Below are positions 26,501-37,500 of a stretch of DNA of 64,000 nt, piece after piece. Positions within the stretch are counted from its first letter, which is position 1. Each line of letters begins with the position of its first letter. The stretch is from Lingula anatina (taxonomy: Eukaryota; Animalia; Brachiopoda): NCBI GenBank assembly GCA_051362555.1, contig CM120645.1:21638001-21702000 (forward strand), given 5' to 3'. The notes beneath the pieces are model-generated. The model was given only the letters and a program-made list of their open reading frames with translations, was not told the origin of the DNA and did not search any database. A program made the position numbers and the translations under genes.

Positions 26501-28467
26501 CTATTCACAAGATATTACAATACAAGTAGAGTCAGTTTAAAAACGAACACCGCTCAAGTGAAAATTGTTATTAGTGAAAAAAACAAACATAATATTATTA
26601 GGTTTATATATATTTGCATTTGTTGTTTGATGAATTTTCCTCCATTATTTGTTACTACCCACTAGAGGCCACATGTACTTACTTGCTTGAGAGGAATTAG
26701 ATGCAGGCGGTAGGTTAAAGGTACTGAATTCCTCAACCAACTGCCGAATGGTACCGATGAACGCCGCCGCCATTACTAGAGCAAATATTGAACTGGCTCC
26801 TATTGCTACCTATATGTAATGATGCAAAAATGCATTTAATTGGAAGCTCAAATGGCGGATCTGGTTAAGGGGACAGTGAGCAAAAGCTTCACACTTTTAT
26901 CCCTCAACCCCCAAAACGGTTTATTAAATAATTGTCCGTGTACCAGGGCATTTGACTTATTATGATTTAGCTTATTGGTGTGTGTATTTAAATTGTGTTT
27001 AATTATAAAATAGCCTGTACGAGTACATGTCTGTACGAACTTGGTCTTCAATATTAAACGCATCACTCACATTTATCTGCGTGTCGTTTGAGGTGTACAT
27101 GCAAATAAAGAGGAACAAGATAGCAACGACCACCAACACCACGGATATGGTGATGTCGCTTATTCCAAACGCGTACTCCAAACCACCTACGAATAAAAAG
27201 ATGTAGTTTTATATATCTATTTCACATGGAGTAAAATAAAATTAGAAGTAAAACTTTCTGAGGGACGGAAACAGTCTCTTACGGTAGTCCAACCAAATAT
27301 GCACCAGTTTAATATTGTCCCCACCCTATCATCTATGTGTACGCACACACGCAAGCGTGCACGTACACATTCACTCACACACAGCTACCTTTTCTCTCCT
27401 TTCTTCCCAGTTGCTTACTGTATATACATTTCCCTTGCAAAACGTGTCAACCCTAACGCAATGCGTAGAGATGTACAGAAAATCAGGGCAAGAACTAATG
27501 CTCTTTATTCAGCTTCCAAAAAAATTTTTTTCACAAAATACTAATTGATTAAACAACCAATGAACAAACTAGTCATAAACATGGCGATCATGGCCCCCAA
27601 AGATATTGTCGACATCATTCCTTTCCCTTCCAGTACTAATCCAGTACTAATAATACGCATTAACATTCTTTCTTAATTTTCTGGGTTTGGTTTCCTTTGA
27701 TCGACCCTACGCAGGTTATTTTGACCATGGACCTGTTTGGTTATGATATTATTTATCCCTCTGAATGGTTCCCATGCAATAACCCAACCTTCTGTAAATT
27801 CGGTGCATCAAAACTCGCTCATATGTCAACCGCTTGGTAAAAAATTGTATCCCTCTCAGTTAGAAGCCGCATATTTAAAATAACTGGTCTTGGGCTATTT
27901 CAATGGTTACGATAGGTAGGTCAATGTTCTTTCACTCACATCCCAAATTTACACGATAACAGGTTGCCTAATTGTTATGTAATAGTAAAATTAAAACTGT
28001 GGGTACCCTTGTATCAATGTACATAAATGCGGCTCGGGTGACACATATTGCTAGGAGAGAATTCACTGTATATTCATAATTTCTCATTACCCTTACCAGA
28101 TAAAACCAGGATGACAGTGGCTGGACCAATCAACGAGGACACCAGTATTAAGAACTGGTATACCATAAATAGGTACGTGATCCTTCCACTTGACGTCACC
28201 AAATCCCTGATGGATTGCAGCAGTAGCCACATGTTGGCTGTCGTTGATACAATCCAGCGTCTGCGCTGTTTGAAGAATTCATCAAACGTCTCCGGACAGA
28301 ACGTTTTGTCCTCTGCTACTGCGCAATACTCTAGCCTGCTTTGATTCTTAATCTGGGGAGAATACAAGCTTACTCAAGAAGTTATAATTAAACCTTGCAG
28401 GCCTAATCTTCGTCCCGGGTGGGGAATTGAGACTGAGGTTCGTGTAACTGAGACTCTGACCTCCACG

Positions 28468-28540
<73 letters not shown>

Positions 28541-31500
28541 CGAATAATGTTTTACAATCTCGCCTGACTTTAATAGGTAAAAATCTAGGACGGGGCTTAG
28601 CCGTACAAATCAGACCCTGTGTCACACTGATTCACAGTGTTCAGGTACAGCATAAATCAAATCAGTCAACTGAAAGTACATTCTGCCTGCCATAAAATCC
28701 AGGCCTAGGATTTTATGTAATGTATATACAAGTAGGCCTAAAGGGCAATGGTAAAAAAAATGATAAAACAATGATTGCAAACTAACGGTGTTCCTATATT
28801 ATGTATCCCTACATTATGCAACGGCAGAAAACAATAAATATGATGATCATAATCTAATCCAAAACTTGTCACACATACCATCAGAGTACACAGCCATCTG
28901 TCTTCCCCCATGTCTTTGTACAAGAACTCAAAGCCAGTCTTGGCGTCACTGGCGTACTCAGCTATTGTGTCTTTCAGGACTGATGTCCGATACATGCTGA
29001 AGCATCCAGGGGCACACAGCACACTGCCAAGTACATGGTTGGCGACCTAAGATATTGATTTTATCGTTTTTTAATTTTGAGTAACAAAATACGTTACCCA
29101 TTAATGATATATAAGCAGAAATAAACAATTTAAAATGGCAAATTATGTTATCCTGCAAGAATAAACAGGTATATCTTTGATATTAGCAACCTTCTGTAGA
29201 TGAGTCATTAAAATTATTTTGGCATTTGCGGTAACATTATGACCACGAGGTCGAGTCACTCGATCAGAACTGACTAGATTATGATTGAAACAACTACATG
29301 GCCTTATTTATTCCCTCAACTCAAAACAGACATTCAAATTTTACAGGAAGCAAAATGTATATAAAAAACTATTTAAACGTAGTGTTTTAGTCAATTGTTT
29401 TTAACTTTTCTTTCAGCCAGTCTTAAGCCTAGATTATATTTGCCATGGACGACGTGCGATGAAATCCTTTGCGGTTTTCCGTACGAATTCTTCACAAGGG
29501 GCCACGGGCTATATACTTTTTTCACACGTACATTTCAAATGTAACCTAGGCTTTGCATTATGTTATTTCCTTTTAACTCTTATGGACATTTTGCTTCCGT
29601 TTTATTTCGATTAGGTAATCTATGAGTAGTATGTAATAAAGTTAATGGTTTTTATAATATAAAGATGGGTTATTTGTATTATAAACTCATCATTTTACAG
29701 TGGCGTTGATATGTATCATTCATCAATCAATACACGATCTTTGATCAGTACCCAAGGGCAAAGATGCACAGTTGTCAACTAAATCAGATTGAACATAAGC
29801 AACTTTATACTTTTTGCAGCCAGTGGCCAATGGCATAGTCGAACACCTGGTAGGACACTATAGGTTGGATTTTGGACCCCAAAGGATGCGTGCGGCCACA
29901 GACGGCGCTGACACTGTGGTCGCCGTCTCTCAAAAACACGTCAAACAACGCCTCCACAGAATCCATGGTAAATTTGACATCTGCGTCTGTGGCGAGGATG
30001 AATGTCTTTTTAAGACCTAAACAAAAAATAAAATTATACCCTAAACTTGTTATCTGATATAAATATGATAAAAAGAAAGTAATGTTATTTTCTTTGCATT
30101 TTTTTTCTGTCATCGTATCACCGCGTCTTTTGATACAATAATCTCGTCTAAATCAGCTTGAAGGTATCCCACTGCAACTGGCTCTATTTCGTTCCCAAAA
30201 TGAGAGGAAGACAGAGTTAATTCTACAGGAAAATATTTATAGGTCATCAGCAATTTTTAAAAAGGTATTTGCAAAAAAAAAAAAAAAAAGTCCCGCCAGA
30301 CTTACGCTCTTCCCAGCCACTGTAACTCATTTCTTCAATTGAAGCACTTCCATCGAGTGGCTTTTCTCGCAAAAAATCAATGATATATGACAGGTACATG
30401 ATTTGACTCCAGCGTTTCTTGTTTTTCACCTGTAACATCAAGCATTTCAACTTCCTGGGTACATTTTGGACACAGTTTAGCGTAGAGTGACAGTAGCATA
30501 AATTTTCACATATGAAGGGAAGTTTCACACCAGTTTCAAATACTTATATATACCAAGAAAAGAAGAGAAAAATATACATCATTTAGATTGACACATAAAA
30601 AGAATAGTGTAAGAAATAAAATAATCGTAAGGTATACAACAAAATACTTCAATTTTAAAGAAGAGAGGTTTCACCTTCCGATTGTCTTTTAACCCCATAG
30701 GATCCAGTTAATGCTGACCCATAAAGCTCTGCTGTGCCCAATTAATTCTGTGAGCTAGCCTTGAAAAGCCGGGTCACCTCAGTAAATTGGTCATAATTTA
30801 TTTGTTTGCCTTTATTACCCATACAAAGTATACATTTTTAAAAAGCCAATATTTCAAGCTAAATGAAAATAGAATTACATTTAAATTTAACATGCAGTAT
30901 CAAAAGTTATAGCCGGTTAAAAACTACATTTTTATTTGGTAATGGGTAAAATAAAACAAAGTTGATTTATCTTATGCACATCAATTTTTTATTTCTACAT
31001 ACATTTGCCTGAAAATTCACAGGGATGATGTCAATTATAGTAACTTTCAATCCAGGAAATTTCAGCAATTTATCTCTATCAATTTTCAAGTTATGATCGT
31101 TTTGCTATCAGGTATACCAGCTTTTCAGCTCACCTGAACATCGTGGCCAGAGCTGAATAGAAGTCAAATTTTTACACCATCTATGACAAAAACATCTTTA
31201 AAACTTATATCATGAATAAAGGAATATCATCCCCATTATCTATATCACTGTCACTCGAAAACACCTTATCAGTGTCGTAGTTTTCAATCATTTCAATAAC
31301 AGTATTCATTCGCAGGCCCCTTCCGTAGTGAGAAGTCGCCATTTTGATTTTACTTTCACCAGCTAGGTCTAGAAAATCGCCGATTTCTCGCTCATATATA
31401 TTTCTATCGTCCTTTATATCATAAATAAATGAATATCAACGCCACTGTCTATGTTACTGTCACACGAAAACTTCTCTTCAAAGTCCGGATTTTCAATCAT

Positions 31501-34500
31501 TTCAATAACAGTATCCCTTCGCAGGTCCCTACCGTAGCGAGGAGCCGCCATCTTGATTTTACTTTCTCCAACTAAGTCTTGAAAATCGCCGTTTTCTCGC
31601 TCATATATATTTCTATCGCCTTTAAAAATGGTGGCAATGAGAGACAAGAAACATGCCCGGATGTTAAACTATATATCATTTCATGACTCACGATACAAAA
31701 GAGTACAGAAGACGATCTTTCCAAGATACGCACATATGCGGTTCTGGGCGTTTGGGGTAAGCGATAATTGAACCGCACATATGCGGCGACGGGCTCTATG
31801 GGGTTAAGTGTAACACAACACTCATTGAATATTGATTATCTTCGGTACCACAAAATTCCCACACAAGTTGAAGTCCATAGGGAGTGTTATGCTTCTCGAA
31901 GCCAATTTCCCTTGCCTGATTACTTTTGAAATCTACTCCTGGGAAAAATGTTAACCGTGTCCCGTTAGACAAACTTAAGACTGTAAGTGAATGGTTTAGA
32001 ATATATATATATGCACTGGTTCATTTTAATTAATTTATTTGGAAATTTATTCGACGAGATTATCCTTGGGCGAGGGGCTGTCGAGATGTATCGTGTTATG
32101 AAATATCTAGTCACTTCTCTGCCCCATGTAAGAATAAAAATCTTGATCATGGTATGTGTAATATGATCACGATGGGTTGTGCCAGATTCCTATGTCAGAG
32201 CTAGAAGACGCTACTGAAACGCTTACCGAAAACGCTTCTCATCAATGCCAAAAGACGCTGGGCATTTACATTTAGATGTTTGGACTTCTTCCTCTTGGTA
32301 TCGAACGCCCCGTCCAGCCATATGTGTGACTGGTAACTTGGGGAGTTCTCATCTCTTTTGTCTACCACATCTTTGATGGACGTCAGCAGCTGTCGCATCT
32401 CCTCTTCGGACTACATATACATAAGAAACTACAGCTAACGCGTAAAATATTGAATACATCTACATGTATCTACTGGTAAATTGTAAGTTAACACTAAATA
32501 TCTCTTTGGATATTGTGCTAGCTTTGGGATGTTAACTAGTTTGGCATAGTTGGTTTCTTTAGAAAGGATTTCCTTTCTTTGCCATCCCACTGGCCAAAAT
32601 ACTGTAGATTCTTATTACTTACCCTATCGTCTCCGAGAAGGTTCTTTTTTGTTATTTAAAACGTGAAAACTATGCAACACTTTTTAAGGTATAGTGTGTA
32701 CGTTGACCTTCATATAGCAATAATAAAAATGATAATTTTTAATTCATACCTAACAAAGACCATTGATTCATCTACTCACTTTTGAGTTCTAAATTCCTTA
32801 TTTTACCGAAATTGACATTTACCTGTCTGTTTCTAACCCCCATTACGAAATTTAATGCCTTTAATTTTGTTTTTTTATATGTAAATGTACACGATGCAGT
32901 CGTACCTCATTATACATTGTAGTACAAATATAGATCTGGCATTCCTTTCTCTGTAAGAACATGCGTCTGTGATTTGGGTCATTTTTTTCCGTTCTTCTGT
33001 TCAACCATAACCATTGCTCGATAAGTACCCCATTGTAGGTAGGAAGCCAGAACAACTGCCAAATAACAAAAATAAGACAGAAAAAGAAAGAAATTGACTA
33101 TTATGATCAAATACATTTTGAAACGGGAATTTGAAAAATAGGTTGGGAACTCTTATAAAACACTTAAGCAAAATGAGAAATTAATATTTGATTACGGTCT
33201 CACCAAATGCGAAACATAAAAGGTCGTTGACATATTTAAGTCAGGGATTTTGCATACCCGAGTTTCCTTTGAAATCTTTGGTGTCTCGTTCATTGCCAGC
33301 CACACTCCCACTGAGATAAAGTTCGCAATCAAGAGACCTAGTAAGACAGACAAATTCAGTACCGAGGATTCAGTCCCAAGATGATCGCACTGGTAACCAG
33401 GTAGTAACGCGTTGCATACTGGGTAAAATCCAACCACAAATACCGACAGAGGGGTCGCCAACACCATGGGAACAAACGCCAACGAAATGTATCTCTTCCT
33501 TAATTTAAACCCAATGTCCATGACAGTTGCCAACCATATTAAGACATACGCGATGAAACTGGTCAAAACATTTGTGATGAAGTACCAAAAGAGACGGTGT
33601 TCTCTTAGCCCAGTGACCCAAGCCCAACCCTGATTTTCGTAGACAGCTCTGATGAAAGCATCATCATGGGAGTAATATAACCCGAACAAATACAAAGTGA
33701 GCGGGGTCAACAATATCTTTTCCATGCTTGTTAAAAGTCCTGCCTTCCAGCGTGTAGGGTTAGCCATGTTAACAGCCTCATTGGTTGATCTAGAAGTTGT
33801 TGATTGGAATTTCAAAATTCCAGGACACCAGGCCAGAGAAAAACACGCCACAGACACTGCAATTGTCCATGACAGATTTCCAAGCTGTCCAAACAAATTA
33901 TTAGACTTATAGAGGTATGCAAGTAATGTTATTACCAAAAGCCCAACAATGTTCAATACGACAGCTGTAAACTCAAAGCAAGCTACCGCTCTATTGGGAA
34001 AGGGCCATCTATCCCTACATCTACAATAATATGATATAATGCAAAAAACATTCCAGGCGTTGTAGACGGCAAAAGCAAAAGTTCCCATTAGCACGCTTGT
34101 GATTCCAAATGCGTGAGTATACACAACGGTGACAAGAAACCAGAGTCCACCAACTTCTAGAGCACTTGACAGAAACCCCTGAAATGAAAAATGGCGCATA
34201 TGGAAATATTTTGTAAAGAAATGTTTTTTTTAGTTAAGCGAGGACAAGTTATATAATATAAATGCCACAGACCAAGTCCCAATCTAGTCCACTTCCCAAC
34301 TGGCCCAGACCACATCCCAATTAGGACGCGGTCCCAGCTGGGTCTTTGCATTGTTAGCTGCATATTGAGCATGTTAATTGGCCAAGTAATTTACAGGTGA
34401 GCTACCATGTGTGATTGAATAGGGGATGTCATATATATCAAGACATATATAATGATACTTACAGGTGTGGCAAATGAAATACACAGTCGAAGACCCGGTT

Positions 34501-37500
34501 GGAATGTGGTCTGTGCCAGTTAGGAACTGGACTAGACTGGGATCTGGCCTGTGACATAAACATTGATAAATACTTAAGAAAACATCCGTTCCGTAAGTTG
34601 GTTAAGGGCTAACAATGTCAGGTGGAAGAGCAACCAGCATACTTTTTCCCACGTACGGGGCCTGTCAGCCGAACTGTGTACGTACTTACATGAAATATAC
34701 CGTGGGGCCATAATTATTTGTATCTGTATATGTATTCCGTGTATCAACAAAAGATTACACTGTAATTCAAAAGTTAAAAAATACAATAGACGAGTGTGAT
34801 AATTAAAGCCTAGGTTACATTTGCCAAGGGCGCCGTGCGATGAAATTGTATACGATTTTCTGCACAATTATTTCTTTGACACCGTAAGGGGCTAGAGAAT
34901 ACGCCGAGTATGTCTACATTGCATACGGTCACTGTCCTATTCCTCCCACATGGCCTTGAGGTCAGGTCGTGAAAGATCGGTTTGTCCGTTGAAAAGCGAT
35001 CATATATGGAGCCCTTTCAGCCACTGTGCAGTTGACATACAGTGTCCGTGCGGAATTATTGTTCGATACGTTGTCGATGCAGCCCCAATGCGTATTTGAC
35101 CACTAGCGTCGAAATATCAAGGAGATGCACGTCTTTAAGCTTTTAACTTTTATTGCGCTTCATTAAACCATCGAAACACAAATAAGGAAAGAAAGGTAAA
35201 ACAATCGCATTAGGAATAACATGAGGGTAAACGCGCGCATACGGTGCAAATGGTCCACGAGAACCCATAACCCGTTTACATTTGATATGCGATGCCCGTA
35301 CGCTGCTCGTAAACTGACCGTAAAGTTAATTCTGACAGTTCCGTATCGCAGGATCACCTTGCGTTATTACTCGTCCACCGGACATTGCCCGTACAATGCC
35401 CGTACAATACCTGTGCAGTACGGTAGCATGTACCTGAAGTCAGCTCTTGCAAATGGAACGAGATATCAGGTTGCGAAAATTTCAGTAAAGCCTCGGTCAC
35501 AACCGGTCGTACGCAATTCCTTCTTACGCAATTTCGAGTTCGTAGACAGCCCGTAAGCACGTACGAAGGATGTTGGACATGTCCAAAAGATTCTACGAAT
35601 AGCCTGCGATCAGCGAGACCGCAAGCGTAACTTGCTCCTCTCGCACGGGGTTAGCAAGAGAGACGCACGTTGTCCAAGACGCACGTCGCAAGCAATGAAG
35701 GAAGAAGTGCCCTTTGCGTTTTGAGTAAGGCGCACGCCCTCACAATTAACGAACAAAATCGAGAGCACACAGGGAATGCGTCGCAGGTGCGTCACCCCCA
35801 CGCCTGGTGTATAAGAGGCGTGCTCACGACGCACGCTCGTGTCTTTGCAATGAACGTCGACTGTGTAACGTGTACAACGATTTTCAAAAATTTCAAATTT
35901 TTGCTCAGTTTAGTTTCTAAATTGCCTCCAAAAGGCAAGAGAAAGAAGCTTACATAGTAGAAAAAGGGAGGAGGAAGAAGAAAGAAGAGGAGAACAGGAA
36001 GCAAAATTCACGTACGCCGTCAGTGCGTCACTACAAACGTGTGAGGCAAGTGTGGAGCAAAATTGACGCAAAAGAGCGCACTACTTTCGCCCTGCGTTGC
36101 ATTCCCTTCGTAAGTGGTGAGTGTGTGCCACGCACACAAGAAGCAAGACAAACTCAAGTAATGAGCACAATTTCCACGGCAATCGCTCCTTGCAATTAAC
36201 GACCCTGCTTGAAAGGACGTCTCATGTGGCAAGCGATTTGTTGCAGAAACACAATGTTCTGATGATGGGACAACCATCTTTTAGCCCTTATACAGACTTG
36301 ACATTTAATATGGAATATTTCAGTTTCGAAGGTATGCCTAGGTAAAAATGCATTCTTTTTTCAAAAACTCCGATCTCATATAAGATATGTGAATGGAGAA
36401 GTGTGTAGCCAGGTGTGTCGCTTCCAATAAACTGAATACCAGGTTTGTTGCGCTGCTGCATTATGTAATATGCAGTGATTTAATTGGGTAGTGCTCCTTT
36501 GGGCAGGTCATAGCTTGGCTTTGGCAAAGCATGGTTCTGTCAAAAAAGTATCCATATGTCGGCAACTACTGCATAGAAGAATTTGAAATTTTGCATGCAA
36601 GTGGTCGGTTTTGCAAGGTGTAAAATGAGCTATGCCGTGCTCTGCATATTTGTTAATCTGTGGCAGAATGGCGCGAAAAAGACAGACATTGCCAGACAGA
36701 TAATTGCGCCAAACGAAAGGGTCCGCACAGTTTTATAGAGTAATACCCAGTTTGATGTACCTACACAGAAGCCACAACCAATGTATTGAAATCTTACCAC
36801 CAGGGTACAGGACCCACTGTCTGTCGGGATATGCTATTGCAACTAAACAAAACCACCCAGTCCGTTCAGAATGAGGGGCAAATTGCCACCAAAACGCATT
36901 TTTCAAGGTACATTAGCGAACACCAAGCTTGTTTTAGCTGGTTAGAATACCGGTCGACCTGAGGGGAACCCACCGTAAACAGCAAAACGTCGTTGTATGT
37001 TTCTCTAATGAATTGGGGACCCTAATCGTTTCTGAGTTGAACACTGAAACCTCGTGACTTTCTTTATTGAGGTCAGCTTTCACCTGTACCGCTCAACCAG
37101 TCAAAACAGAGTTTACAGACATCCAGAAGAGGCCAACGACTAAGCGTGTGCCGCGTCTAAAGTGACTAAGGTCATTAACAGCGTCAGTAATTGGAGTGGA
37201 TACCACATTGGTGCCAAAACACCAATGATGGTCATCCACGAAAACCTGGACCAGATCAAATAAAGGAATAATCTGAGAACCACTTGACTATCATTTGATA
37301 GGGGGCACCTTAGGAACAATTTTAGGTTGCACGGTGAAATTCCCGGTACACACATGGCACTTTTAACAGCAGATTACTTACAGAACCAAGGGAATGAGCA
37401 GCTATCTTGGTAATCAAAATCGCCATATTTAAACCACATAGACAATATGTGGGTAGGCCATTACTGGCCGAATCAATGGCCTACATGTCCTACAACAAAA

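Noticed and set aside
30110-30222. Candidate extra exon after a TTTTCCTGTAG acceptor
   Set aside because: It has an in-frame stop in the required phase, and exons 6 and 7 join in frame without it.
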